In this document: in pieces, positions 40,243-54,714 of the stretch
How the letters are laid out: the number at the start of each line of letters is the position of its first letter
Numbering within the stretch: position 1 is the first letter of the stretch
Source: Octopus vulgaris
Taxonomy: Eukaryota
Direction of reading: 5' to 3'
Length of the DNA: 64,000 nt
Assembly (NCBI GenBank): GCA_951406725.2
Contig: OX597838.1
Span: 20,274,001-20,338,000, forward strand
The notes under the pieces: generated by a model
The model's database searches: none
Told to the model about the DNA's origin: nothing
Seen by the model: only the letters and a program-made list of their open reading frames with translations
Made by a program: the position numbers and the translations under genes

Positions 40243-40465
40243 TTTCTTTTTGTACTTGTTTCAGTCATTTGACTGCGGCCATGCTGGAGCACCGCCTTTA
40301 GAGCGGCGAAAGAGTACAGCAGGGATCACCACCTCCTGCCGGAGCCTCGTGGAGCTTTTAGGTGTCTTTTTCGCTCAATAAACACACACAACGCCCGGTC
40401 TGGGAATCGAAACCGCGATCCTCCGACCGCAAGTCCGCTGCCCTAACCACTAGGCCATTGCGCCT

Positions 40466-40594
<129 letters not shown>

Positions 40595-40749
40595 GAGAGG
40601 GATATATTGATAGATAGATAGGTAGATTCACACACAGATACACGTGTATATGTGTATATAGCGTCAATAATACTTTAATTGTTCCACGTCCTGCGTTGCT
40701 GTGTTTTTTTCTCTTTTTTTCTCTTTTTTTCTGTTTTCTTGTTGGATTA

Positions 40750-40784
<35 letters not shown>

Positions 40785-40814
40785 GCGCATGCGCACTCAC
40801 GAAAACCCACGCAT

Positions 40815-41200
40815 AATCTCAACGAAGAGCGCGCATGTAACTCTGCAGGCCAGAGCTGGAAGCACACAGGCGACCACATGGCTCACAACGATAGTCTGCT
40901 GTCTAGATTGAGGTGAATTCTGTCCTGTGATGTCTGTTTCTTGCAGCAGCGAGACGCTGTCGTCTGTCTTCTTCGAAGGCAGCTACTGCTCATGAGGCGA
41001 ATGACGTCGACGCTGATCTGTCATGTTTGCATAGACTAATGCTGTTCCATTTGAGATTGTTTTTCAGTGTGCTCTTTGTACCATAGTTTACGCCTTCCTT
41101 GTTCGTGTGAACTGTACACAAGCTCACCGTAAAACAACTCCATGGGTACGCGGCTGTCAATTATTCTAATGGCGTGGCCAATAATTTATTGTAAATGAAC
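40815..41200 (-). pseudogene. RTE-clade LINE 3' ORF remnant
   Basis: GHAIRIIDSRVPMELFYGEL...QGRRKLWYK..LKNNLK...AFEEDRRQRL...YRCEPCGRLCASSSGLQSYMR: RTE C-terminal motifs and degenerate terminal C2H2 finger. Confidence 0.85.
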
Positions 41201-41378
41201 TTTCAGCAGCATTGACTTAATGCTTGTATATATGCGTGTGTGCGTATACAAAAGTATATGTATGAATGGATAGACACGCATGATACATTATTGAAAATTT
41301 GGCATTCTCATTCATATCTAATTTAGATTTTTCGGCTTTTTAAAAAGAATTAGGATCTTTTCCTTTTGAAAGGATAAT

Positions 41379-41894
41379 TACCGTAAATCCTCGAGTATAA
41401 TCGGCATTTTCCCCCCAAAATTTAAAGGTCAAAATCCCTAGTGCGTACTATATACGAGGTTAAAAATGAAAAAATATTTTCTAAGCAATGTCCGAGTCTC
41501 GATTTGCTGTCCGGCAATGTTTATTCAGACGCATTTTGTGACGTCGGGCGCGAAAATACCTTAAGCTAAGCCTGAAAGCAATGAAGTCATAAAAGAATCA
41601 TCCATAACTTGCAATAAGCAACATTTATTAAACGTTATTACTGTTATTTCTTTATTTTCTGCAAACAAAATGCACAAAAAAGCTACACGTTTGCATCATG
41701 TTATATATACAATAATAATAAAGGGCGTTACCGTATACGTTTTTACAAACCAAGGACGTTATATAGACCTCCTTCACTCAAATTAGAGAAGGGGTGCATA
41801 TCATACACAAGGTTTAGGTTTTTCAGAGATACAGCCCCCTAAAAATCCCCTGCATATATACTCAAAGGCGGACTATACTCGAGGATTTACGGTA
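41379..41894 (-). mobile_element. Tc1/mariner-pogo-like MITE, variant interior, nested in a GGATCTTT-ended relic
   Basis: Same TIRs as 29715-30241 in opposite orientation; ~41633-41785 differs from the other two copies; flanked by ggatcttttcc (41353) and aataaagatcc (~41928). Confidence 0.85.
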
Positions 41895-42952
41895 GTTTCT
41901 GACAGCAACTTTGAAAGAATAAAGATCCTAAATTCATATTAGACGTGTCCGGGCCTTCAATGTCCTATTTCAAAAATTCTTTCGTCTTATTCCGTTTTTC
42001 TATGATTTTATTTCAAACATCTTTCATTATTTATCTTTTACTTGTTTCAGTCGTTTGACTACGGCCATGCTGGGGCACCGCCGCGAGGGTTTTAGTCGAA
42101 CAAATGGACCCCAGGACTTTTTTTTTGTAAGCTTAATACTAACTCTATTGGTCTCTTTTGCTGAACACCGGGACAAACACAGACAGACAGAATGACACAC
42201 ACACACACATGTATATATACATATATATATAACATATATATATATATATATATATATTACACATACATACATACATACATACATACATACATACATACAT
42301 ACATACATACATACATACATGCATACATACAAAAATACCCATTTGTTGATGCTGAAATTCCAATGAAGGGGCCTTTGATCTAGGTTAGAAACAGGATCTT
42401 TCTCTGTTAGCAAGAAATCTTGAAAGAAAGCTGAACAATAACAGACAGACAGACAGACAGACAGACAAATAGATAGATATACGAGGTGGGTGAGGTGAAA
42501 CGTTCCTGGCTTTAAGAGTGTCGTGAAAGGCTTGACTGGAGGCCCAAACATCCGGGTTATTTTACAAGGCTTAGAAAAACTGAAGGACCCTTGCAATAAG
42601 TGTGTGAATGTGAGAGGGAGGAATATGTTGAGTAAAACCATAATTAACTGATCCTCCTGTATTTTCTTTTATCCATAACCAGGAACTTTTCAGCACCCAC
42701 TCGCATGGGTAGATAAACACTATCTATAGAAACAAGTTATAAACATGTTATAAACAAGTTATACAAGTAAGTTATACAGGCGTAGGAGTGGCTGTGTGGT
42801 GAGTAGCTTGCTTACCAACCACATGGTTCCGGGTTCAGTCCCACTACGTGGTACCTTGGGCAAGTGTCTTCTACTCTAGCCTCGGGCCGACCAAAGCCTT
42901 GTGAGTGGATTTGGCAGACGGAAACTGAAAGAAGTCCGTCGTATACATATAC

Positions 42953-43004
<52 letters not shown>

Positions 43005-43139
43005 GTACGTACGTATGTATGTATGTATGTACGTATGTATGTACGTATGTATGTATGTACGTATGTATGTATGTATGTATGTATGTATGTATGTATGTAT
43101 GTATGTATGTATGCATGTGTGTGTGTGTGTGCGTGTGTA

Positions 43140-43195
<56 letters not shown>

Positions 43196-44153
43196 TGTGT
43201 TTGTGTGAAAAACTTTAGCTGTCAATGTCCCCCCAACATCGCTTGACAACCGATGCTGGTGTATTTACGTCCCCGTAAATTAGCGGTTCGGCAAAAGAGA
43301 CCGATAGAATAAGTACTAGGCCTACAAAGAACAAGTCCTGAGGTCGATTTAGTCGACTTAAGGCGGTGCTCCAACATGGCCAAAGTCCAATGACTGAAAC
43401 AAGTAAGAAACTACTTCAGAACACAAACAAGTTATACACAACTTCCTTAATCGACAGCTTGAATAGTATGATATTGTATTGCTCTTAAATGGGCGGAGTA
43501 GTTAGGTAACAGCAACAATAATATTGCCAAGCTAAGTCTATTACCTATAGTAACTGTTACAATTTCATTTGTAGCTCTATAATGCATTATCGTAATACAT
43601 TGACAGCTGAAGTTTTGCACAGGTTGACCTAAATGACAAGAAAAGCACAGCCTTTCAATCGTTGATCAAAATCTTTTGTAACGTTCTCAGAAATGACACA
43701 GCACAAAAAAAAAAAAAAAAAGAAAAGAAAAAGGAAGAAACATGAAATAATATACCAACGGCAACTAAGAAGATATCATAATATTACGTATATTCCCACA
43801 GGCTTATTGAATAGAAAAATGATTTGAGTACTTAAGCATGGTCGTATGAATAAGAAGTTCGCTTCGCAACTGCGTTTTTTTTTAAAAAAGACTCGGGATC
43901 TTTACTTTTTGACCGACATATTTAAAAAATAATTTTTTGTTTCTAAACACTTTCAAACTTCGGACACTGGTAGAATGTGTCATATAAAACATCTTTTACT
44001 CTTAGCAGTTTTTGAGAAAAACTTATAAATAGGAAGTTATTTCACCTTTAAGTTCTCGTATTTCGGTAATTTCAACCAACCAATAACGTGTATTCAGCTG
44101 AATAAAATTACTGTCATTGTTTGTCAACAACAATTATCGGGGACACACACTCG

Positions 44154-44252
<99 letters not shown>

Positions 44253-47179
44253 ACACACACACACACAAATGCATGTACATCAGGTTTCCTGAGCTAGAAT
44301 ACAATTCCATTTTGAAGGCGGCGAGCTGGCAGAATCGTTAGCACGCCGGGCGAAATGCTTAGCCGTATTTCGTCTGCCGTTACGTTCTGAGTTCAAATTC
44401 CGCCGAGGTCGACTTTGCCTTTTCATCCTTTCGGAGTCGATAAATTAAGTACCAGTTACGCACTGGGGTCGATGTAATCGACTTAATACCTATGTCTGTC
44501 CTTGTTTGTCCTCTCTGTGTTTAGCCCCTTGTGGGTAGTAAAGAAATAGGTATTTCGTCTGCCGCTACGTTCTGAGTTCAAATTCCGCCGAGGTCGACTT
44601 TGCCTTTCATCCTTTCGGGGTTGATAAATTAAGTACCAGTTACGAGCTGGGGCTGACGTAATCGACTTAATCCCTTTGTCTGTCCCCTCTATGTTTAGCT
44701 CCTTGTGGGCAATAAAGAAATAAGAAACGTTAGCACGCCGGGCGAAATGTTTAGCAGTATTTCATGTGTCTTTACGTTCTGAGTTCATATTTCGCCGAGG
44801 TCGACTTAGCTTTTCATCCTTTTGGGTTCGATAGATTAAGTACCAGTTGCGTACTTGGGTCGATCAAATCGACTGGCCTCAAAAGTTTCGGGCCTTGTGC
44901 CTAGAGTAGAAAAGAATATAGTCGTCCTCTCTTTGTGGTAAATAAAAAAAATCAGTTATAATAATATAGTCCGAATGATCATAACAGGCATGGCAATATT
45001 TCTTTTTTCTAGAAGCAGACTACAGAAGACTTGACATATCACCAGACCAGTCGCACTACTAAGAAAATTCAAGGTAGTATTTCGTTGGCGTGCTATTCAG
45101 AAAGTCGCGTGGGCCGCAGTTTGCCCATGACTGATGTATTATAAAATGGAAATGCTTGATCGGATGATTTATTAGTGAACTATAAAATTTTTAAATATTT
45201 AATTTGCCAGGTAATAACGTCTGACGCAAATCAAAAATAGCGGAAACGCACTGTTTCCTGGTCTCTGCACCGGCAAATTTGTTACAGACAAGTTAGAAAT
45301 ATTAATAGATTTATAGGGAATTACGATTTTCCGCTTTCATTTTGTAGTCATAAACTGAAAGAATATTTATGATGTTTATCAACACTGGAAGGAAGATAAT
45401 GTAAAGTTGATCTCATCGAGATTTCAGGCTGGGATGTAAAGGGTCGTAACTAAATACCTATTTCTTTACTACCCACAAGGGGCTAAACACAGAGAGGACA
45501 AACAAGTACAGACAAACGGGTTAAGTCAGTTACATCGATCCCAATACGTAACTGGTACTTATTTAATCGACCCCGAAAGGATGAAAGGCAAAGTTGCCCA
45601 CGGCGGAATTTGAACTCAGAACGCAGCGGTGGACGAAATGCCACAAAACATTTCGCCCGGCGTGCTAACGCTTCTGCCAGATTGCCGCCTTGTCGTAACT
45701 AAATACCGTTAGACATTCGGTTCGACCAATGGTTATGTTGATAAGCTCAATGTCGACTCCGATTGAGCCGGGTTGGTACAAAAGCTTTTCAGTCAATTTC
45801 TTTGTTGATAAAAAGAAGGGACGATACGAGGACAGACAAAACAAACATTGGGGTCAGAGTATCGAATGAGACGAAACACATGAATAAACAAACAATTAAA
45901 ATATATACAATTAAATGAGAACGACAGATTTACAAAAAATGAAGCGGGGGACGCGGTCGACTCCCACAAACCACATACTCACACTGAAGACTTTGCTTTC
46001 TCCTTTTTATATTCTCGTTTAAACAGGTTCTTTCACTCGCAGCATACTTGCTATAGACTTCCATCTTTTACGAAACACACTTTGTGACAGGCATTTCTTC
46101 TGCAGCCTTATTTTCCGTTTCATGTGGAAAACGAAAAAGGCGATTAGCTCGAGACTCGAGATGAAGATGCCTTAACCATTCTGCTTTCTCTTTCACATGA
46201 CACACGGCATCAAGAACAGCGTTGTCTAGTGTATCCTTCCCTTGTATTCTTAGGACGATAGAACGGATGATTTGAGGGAGATGTGGCTGTTATTCGAGTT
46301 ATTTCAGCTATTTGAGCAACTACATCGTTGATAGTGGAAGCCACTAATTAAAATCATAGATGATGTTATCAATATTATCTAATTTATTGAGGCAGCGTGC
46401 ACTCCGGGCAATAATGCTTTTCGGCATTTTGACCGTCTTTACGTTCTGAGTTCAAATTCCGCCGAGGTCGGGTTTACCTTTAAGGCAGCAAAGCTGGCAG
46501 AATAGTTAGCATGTTGGGCAAAATGTTTAGCAGCATTTCGTCCATTTTTATGTTCTGGATTTATGTGTATAATGGTTTGTAATTTAGGCTCAGAGTAAAA
46601 GCGGCGAACTGGTAGAATCGTTAGTACACCGAGCAAAATGCTTAACGGCATTTCATTTGTCTTTACCTTCTGAGTTCAAATTCCGCCAAGGTTGACTTTG
46701 CCTTTTGTCCTTTCGGGGTTGATAAAATAAACAGCAGTTGAGTAGTGGGGTCGGTGTAATCCACTTACCCGCTCTTCCGAAATTGCTAGCCTTGTACCAA
46801 AATTTGAAACCAATATTATCTAATTTATTGAGGCGGCAAGCTAGCAGAACTGTTAGCACAAGGCGGCGAGCTTGCAGAAACGTTAGCACGCCGGGCGAAA
46901 TGCTTAGCAGTATTTCGTCTGCCGTTACGTTCTGACTCTAAAACCACATTAAATGTTCATATAGCACAAGGAGAGAAGACAAAAAGACAAAATAAAACTA
47001 GTAAAAAATTACTGGATAATTTTTTGAATTAGATCCTGGCTGCTATTTTCAGCATGGCGGTATCTCGTAGATACCCTAAATTATAATTTTAATAGTAATT
47101 ATTACCTTTGAAGGTGTTTATTTCCATGCTGGCCAATAAAAAGATCGTTATTTAATTTAAATTAACGATCTTATCTTTA

Positions 47180-47553
47180 TCTCTCTATATATAAACGGCA
47201 GTTTGTCTGTGCGTGTTTCTGTGTGTCTGTTTGCTTGTACCCTCACCCTGACCACAGCTTTCAACCGATTCTGATGAAACTTGACACACACATAGCCCAA
47301 TGTCATAATTCAAAACTAACGCAGCGAAAATTTTGAAAAGTTCCCCCAGTTCTGAAAAAAATCGATAAATTCGACATGGGGTCGAGAATCAGAAACACGA
47401 ACCACAAACTGTCTAGGAGACGCAACTCCACCTTTTTTAAATCTCAAAAAAAAATTTACCATCATTTTTTTCCATTTTTTTGCTATAACTCTCTAAAAAT
47501 GCTTTATAGTTATTTTCCTTACAAACCTGAGCAACGCCGGGCGATACTGCTAG
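47180..47553 (+). mobile_element. Non-autonomous Helitron
   Basis: 5' A|TC, 3' CTAG|T, subterminal hairpin CCTGAGC-AAC-GCCGGG, no TSD. Confidence 0.85.
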
Positions 47554-47948
47554 TATATATATAAAGGAGTGGCTGTGTGGTAAGTAGCTTGCTAACCAAC
47601 CACATGGTTTCGGGTTCAGTCCCACTGGGTGGCATCTTGGGCAAGTGTCTTCTGCTATAGCCTCGGGCCGTGAGTGGATTTGGTAGACGGAAACTGAAAG
47701 AAGCCTGTCGTATATATGTATATATATATGCATGTGTGTGTGTGTCTGTGTGTCTGTGTTTGTCCCCCTAGCATTGCTTGACAACCGATGCTGGTGTGTT
47801 TACGTCCCCGTAACTTAGCGGTTCGGCAAAAGAGACCGATAGAATAAGTACTGGGCTTACAAAAGGAATAAGTCCCGGGGTCGAGTTGCTCGATTAAAGG
47901 CGGTGCTCCAGTATGGCCACAGTCAAATGACTGAAACAAGTAAAAGAG

Positions 47949-48020
<72 letters not shown>

Positions 48021-48612
48021 GAACTTTGCAGAATAACAAAAGAGGAAGACAGGTGTATGAACAACAAAGTGTATTAGTTTGACTCTCGGGAAAGTGGGGG
48101 TCGATTCGTTCCACTAAAACCGTTTTAGGAGGTGCCCCAGAATGGCTACAGTCGAATGACTGAAACAAGTAAAAAAATAAACGATAAATGGTGAACTATA
48201 GCGTCGTTAGGCACAAGTTTTCAGCAGACGTAAAACGCCGGTTCATTGATTTTCTAAAGGTGACAGCGTCAATGGAGTGTTTTGTAACTTGGAGTAGAAT
48301 AAACATCCACTTCAAAGAAAAACAAACTATACACTTCCTCAATCCACAACAGACATAAAAAGACGTCTCATTTTGTCATGTCGGTATAGCAAGGGTTTAG
48401 ACTATCGCAATAATTAAAAACAAACAACGACTTCCACCTGTCACGGTCTGATTAAATCTATTAATTACGCATCAATCATAATTACTTTCGCATCTCTGCT
48501 TTGTATTAAGCCTCGTTGGTAGTTCGCAATATTACGTAGGTTACGTTTCGAAGGCAAAGAATGACCACATAAAATATTCACTGTGCGTGTGTGTGTGTGT
48601 GTGTGTGAGTGA

Positions 48613-48647
<35 letters not shown>

Positions 48648-48650
48648 TGA

Positions 48651-48701
<51 letters not shown>

Positions 48702-48748
48702 AGTGAGTGAGTGAGTGTGTGTGTGTGTGAGTGAGTGAGTGTGAGTGA

Positions 48749-48816
<68 letters not shown>

Positions 48817-50967
48817 TCTGCTAGTGTTGTGTTTGCCGCCCACCACCAACACCGCTTGACAACCGGTGTTGGTTTGTTTACATTCGGAAAAAAAGAAATC
48901 GATTGAATAAAAAATTGGGGGCGATTTGTTCGACTGAATCCATCACAGCGGTGTCCCAGCACCAATGACGAAAGCAAGTAACAAAAAAATAGTAAATATT
49001 TTATTCACTGGAGTCGATTGTAATATGCATGTGTACATTTACATATAACGTTTAACAGTTAGAAGTCTTCTATTATTCAACATAGGCGTGGGAGTGGCTG
49101 TGTGGTAAGTAGCTTGCTTACCAACCACATGGTTTCGGGTTCAGTCCCACTGCGTGACACCTTGGGCAAGCGTCTTCTACTATAGCCTCGGGCCGATTAA
49201 AGCCTTGTGAGTGGATTTGGTAGACGGAAACTGAAAGAAGCCCGTCGTATATATGTATATATATATATATATGTATGTGTGTATATGTTTGTGTGTCTGT
49301 GTTTGTCCACCACCACTCCGACAACATCGCTTGACAACCGATGCTGGTGTGTTTACGTTCCTGTAACTTAGCGGTTCGGCAAAAAAGACCGATAGGCTTA
49401 CAAAGAATAAGTCCTGAGGTCGATTTGCTCGACTAAAGGCGGTGCTCCAGCATGGCCGCAGTCAAATGACTGAAACAAGTAAAGAGAGTAATTTGAACTC
49501 AGGTCGTAAAGACGAACGAAATGCCGCTAAGCATTTTACCCCGCGTGCTAACGACTCTGCCAGCACGCCGCCTTTTTCACCATAATATATTAAGGTGAAT
49601 AAGGCGGCCAGCTGGCAGACACGTTAGCACGCTGGGCGAAATGCTTAGCCGTACTTCGTCTGCCGTTACGTTGTGAGTTCAAATTCCGCCGAGGTCGACT
49701 TTGCCTTTCATCCTTTCGGAGTCGATAAATTAAGTACCAGTTACGCACTGGGATCGATGTAATCGACTTAATACCTATGTCTGTCCTTGTTTGTCCCCTC
49801 TGTGTTTAGCCCCTTGTGGGTAATAAAGAAATAGGTATTTCGTCTGCCGTTACGTTGTGAGTTCAAATTCCGCCGAAGTCGACTTTGCCTTTCATCCTTT
49901 CGGGGTCGATAAATTAAGTACCAGTTACGCACTGGGGTCGATGTAATCGACTTAATACCTATGTCTGTCCTTGTTTGTCCCCTCTGTGTTTAGCCCCTTG
50001 TGGGTAGTAAAGAAATAGGTATTTCGTTCTGAGTTCAAATTCCGCCGAGGTCGACTTTGCCTTTCATCCTTTCGGGGTCGATAAATTAAGTACCAGTTAC
50101 GCACTGGGGTCGATGTAATCGACTTAATACCTATGTCTGTCCTTGTTTGTCCCCTCTGTGTTTAGCCCCTTGTGGGTAGTAAAGAAATAGGTATTTCGTT
50201 CTGAGTTCAAATTTCACCGAGGTTGACTTTGCCTTTCATCCTTTCGGGGTCGATTAAATAAGTGGACTGGAGTAACTTGAAAATAAAAAAAATCTTGCTC
50301 AGGGACAAAATGCGCCACCGAGAATTGAACAAACGACCTTGCCGATACCTTGACCACTAAGCCACTCGTCTTCACTTAATAAATAATTGCCATATTTAAT
50401 GTTGTTATCAATTTCGGATCACATTACGATGCCTTGGTTCTCTAATTATGAAAACCAATGCCCTCAACACGTCATATAACGTGTCGTCTTCTCGGCTTTC
50501 TTCTTTGTTTTTTCTTAGGCGTTATGATGTAAAGTTAAATATGATTTGGTTGCTATTTCTAGCTGGCTGAGAGACCAGGTAAAGGTTTTGTTTTCTTTGT
50601 CTTTGCTGATTTCCATGACAACTGTTTCGACCTACGACATGTTGGTAATGGATATCTGTGATTGGCTAAAATTTCATAACCTCAAATCCTTATAACTTTA
50701 TTATCAATTTCTAGGAAAATGAATAAATAAATAAATAAATGCAGGTTTTGTCATTAGCATGCAAGACTAGATAAGAACTACATTAAAAAAAAAAAAAACT
50801 GATCTCGTGAAAATTAAAAAAGCTTCGAGTGGCTGGAAAAAATTAAACAAGATTCAGAATGAGACCCGTTAATTTGATAACAATAACCGGCTTATAACGC
50901 TGTGCTTTCAGTAAATTACTTCAAAGATTTTAAAATAATAAATGAAATACATACATACATACTTACA

Positions 50968-51050
<83 letters not shown>

Positions 51051-51112
51051 GTTAAAGAAGAACAAACATTAAGGCAAAGCTAACATCTCAATTCGTATAC
51101 AATATTATTATA

Positions 51113-51164
<52 letters not shown>

Positions 51165-51167
<3 letters not shown>

Positions 51168-51530
51168 AGTTAGTTAGTTAGTTAATTTGGTTCAAAAGCA
51201 AATAGCAAGGCCATGTAGGGGGACATGGAGTTAAGTACAGGGTGGTGTTCATGTAAAGAGTTCAGGCCACTTGAGGTCCAGGGAGGCTTTGAACAAAGCG
51301 GTCGTCGGCATCTTCACCATCTCGTCTGGCAGCTTGTTCCACGGATCCGCAACCCGGACGGAGAAAGCTCCTCTCCTTCGATTGAGATGAAATCGTCGCA
51401 GGTAGAGCTTTTCGGAATGACCCCGCAGCCGACGCTCTGGAGCAGGAGTGAAGAACAGCTCTTTCGAGAAGTTACACTTTCCGCTTATGATGTTGTGGGC
51501 GAGAATGAGATCACCACGGCGGCGGCGTTT
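51165..51530 (-). pseudogene. CR1-clade LINE 3' end with (TAAC)n tail
   Basis: Uninterrupted frame KRRRRGDLILAHNIISG...RLRGHSEKL...FSVRVADPWNKLPDEMV...FKASLD...*, then a short 3'UTR and (TAAC)n; 5'-truncated, lying between (TA)n tracts. Confidence 0.92.
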
Positions 51531-51573
51531 ATATATATATATATATATGTATATGTATATGTATATGTATATA

Positions 51574-51609
<36 letters not shown>

Positions 51610-52339
51610 TGTATGTATGTATTTATGTTCTGAGTTCAAATTCCGCCGAGGTCAACTTTGCCTTTCATCCTTTCGGGGTTGATAAATTAAGTACCAGTTG
51701 CGTACTGCGTCGACCTTATCGACTGGCCCCCTTCCCCAAAATTTCGGCCCTTGTGCCTAAAGTAGAAAAGATGCACACACACACAGATATAAGTACTAAA
51801 TCACATTAAAATACAAATCCCAAACCGAGCAAAATAAAAACACGAGCAAAGAAAGAGGGGCAAAAAGAAGAAAAATAGGAAGAAAAAATTTTCAATTCAA
51901 CACTATGTGCTTCATTTTGACGCAGGAGTGGCTGTGTGGTAAGTAGCTTGCAAACCAACCACATGGTTCCGGGTTCAGTCCCACTGCATGGCACCTTGGG
52001 CAAGTGTCTTCTACTATAGCCTCGGGCCGACCAAAGCCTTGTGAGTGGATTTGGTAGACGGAAACTGAAAAGAAGCCCGTCGTATATATGTATGTATATG
52101 TGTGTGTGTGTTTGTGTGTCTGTGTTTGTCCCCCAACATCGCTTGACAACCGATGCTGGTGTGTTTACGTCCCCATAACTTAGCGGTTCGGTAAAAAAGA
52201 AACCGATTGAATAAGTAGTAGGCTTACAAAGAATAAGTCCTGGGGTAGATTTGCTCGACTAAAGGTGGTGCTCCAGTATGGCCGCAGTCAAATGACTGAA
52301 ACAAGTAAAAGAGTAAAAAAGAGAGTACACTGCGAAGTT

Positions 52340-52745
52340 CAACAGAACCTACTGAAGCAAGCCGACACACTCGCGGCATTACCGCGGGTGATGGCGAGGC
52401 TGAGGCGTTGGAACAGTCAAGCACTCCCACGGGCATCACTCGACACCTTTGTAAAGCGAGCCTCCAACGGCGACAGGAACTTTGCTGTCAGCAGCCCAGC
52501 CCTTCGAAACGCCTCAAACGTCACAGTGGTTCACCAACAAGTGCCGATACTTAAGGATTTTGTTCCGTTCGGTTACGGAAGCAGCGGCCCTCCCATTTAC
52601 CTTAGCATACTGGATTTGGGAGGAGCAAAGGAATCACAGACTGTAGCGTCCCAGAGAACAAAGGGTAAGGCTATTTGGTCTCTTCCGAACACTTCTAGAT
52701 AATCCCTAAAAAGGGCGGGCATTTTGAAGGGTAGCCCGGGCTTTT
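52340..52745 (-). pseudogene. CRE-type (restriction-like endonuclease) non-LTR retrotransposon 3' remnant
   Basis: GKRPNSLT...WDATVCDSFAP...AAASVTERNKILKY...LFQRLSLAITRGNAASV; matches the GKRPDG / WDAT / K..KY / QRLSLAIQRGNA RLE motifs. Confidence 0.85.
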
Positions 52746-54319
52746 TTGGCTTAGAAGACAAAAAGTTCAGAGAGGAAATAAAGGAAGTTGTTCTTTAATC
52801 GAGGACCTTGGTCCGAATTCTTGCAAAAGAATGGATCTCGTTAAAAGCTTCCAAGTACCAGATAGTGGCGCTAAACGGATTGATGGGTCATGTTGGCCAC
52901 ATGAGTAACGCACGTGAGATGAGTCACACATACGAACCGAGTCATGCACGCGTGATGAATCAGACAGGTGAAACCAATTTTGCTGTTCTTCTGGAGTTGC
53001 TAGGCAACAAAGAAAATGTAGCAGACGTAGAAAATTTGTAATATATTAGTAAAAATGTTATTTGTGCAAACACAAATAAATAGCAATTGGTACTTTGAGT
53101 ATTTTCTGTTATAGCCGGACCAAAGCTTTGTGAGTGGATTTGGCAGGCGGAAACTGAAAGAAGCTCGTCGTAGATATATACTCGTTACTCTCTTTTATTC
53201 TTTTACTTGTTTCAGTCATTTGACTGCAGCCATGCTAGAGCACCGCCTTTAGTCGAGCAAATCTACCCCTGGACTTATTCTTTGTAAGCTTAGTACTTAT
53301 TCTATCGGTCTCTTTTTGCCGAACCGCTAAGTTACGGGGACATAAACACACCAGCATCGGTTGTCAAGCGATGTTGGGAGGACAAACACAGACACACAAA
53401 CACAAACACACACACACACATATATACATATATACGACGGGCTTCTTTTCAGTTTCCGTCTACCAAATCCACTCACAAGGCTTTGGTCGGCTCGAGGCTA
53501 TAGTAGAAGACACTTGCCCAAGGTGCCACGCAGTGGGACTGAACCCGGAACCATGTGATTGGTAAGCAAGCTACTTACTACACAGCCACTCCTATGTATG
53601 TATCTATGTGGCAGAAACGTTAGCACGCCGGATGAAATGCTTAGCGGTATTTCGTCTGTCGTTACGTTGTGAGTTCAAATTCCGCCGAGGTTGACTTTGC
53701 CTTTCATCCTTTCGGGGTCGATAAATTAAGTACCAGTTCCACACTGGGGTCGATGTAATCGACTTAATACCTATGTCTGTCCTTGTTTGTCCCCTCTATG
53801 TTTAGCCCCTTGTGGGTAATAAAGAAATAGGTATCTATGTGTGTGTCTTTGTGTCTGTGTTTGCCCCCCCACACACACACACCACCACCACCACCACCGC
53901 CACCGCTTGACAACCGGTGTTGGTGTGTTTACGTCCCCGTAATAAAACGGTTCGGCAAAAGAAACGGATAGAGTAAGTACCAGGCCTTTAAAATTAAAAA
54001 AAAGGCCTGTGGTTGCTACATTCGACTAAAATTTCAAGGCGCCCCCCCCCCCCCCAGCTTATCCGCAATCTAATACTGAAACAAGGGAAAGTTTAGAAGG
54101 AAAAGGCTATCATCTCAACCATAAAAAAAAATAATTAATACACAGAAAGATAAGAAACGAGTGAGATAAGTGAAACATGTTGCATGACCTTAACTGTTAA
54201 CAGGAAATTAAGAATGAAACAGTGAGCTCATATATATTTTAAATGATAAACTTCTGGAAAGTTTTACAGATTTTTACAGTTCCAGTGTTGGATTGGTTCT
54301 GTCTGTCTGTCTATCTGCC

Positions 54320-54358
<39 letters not shown>

Positions 54359-54471
54359 ATGTATGTATGTATGTATGTATGAATGTATGCATGTATATAT
54401 GTATGCATGTATATATGTATGCATGTATATATATATGTATGTATATATGTGTGTATGTATGTATGTATGTA

Positions 54472-54502
<31 letters not shown>

Positions 54503-54714
54503 ATGTATGTAAGTACGTATGTATGTATGTATATGTGTGTGTGTATGTATGTATGTATGTATGTATGTATGTATGCATGTATGTATCATCCACAAAAATC
54601 AGAACTTAACTGCAGCTCTTGGTGGTCCAAAGCAGATAAGCAATCTATGTGGGTGTCTTTTCAAAACATCGACTGGTTTAAAAAGCCACATCTGACGCCA
54701 TGATAGATCTAAGG

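Noticed and set aside
52767-53041. ORFs adjacent to the CRE relic
   Set aside because: No recognisable motifs or convincing splice signals.
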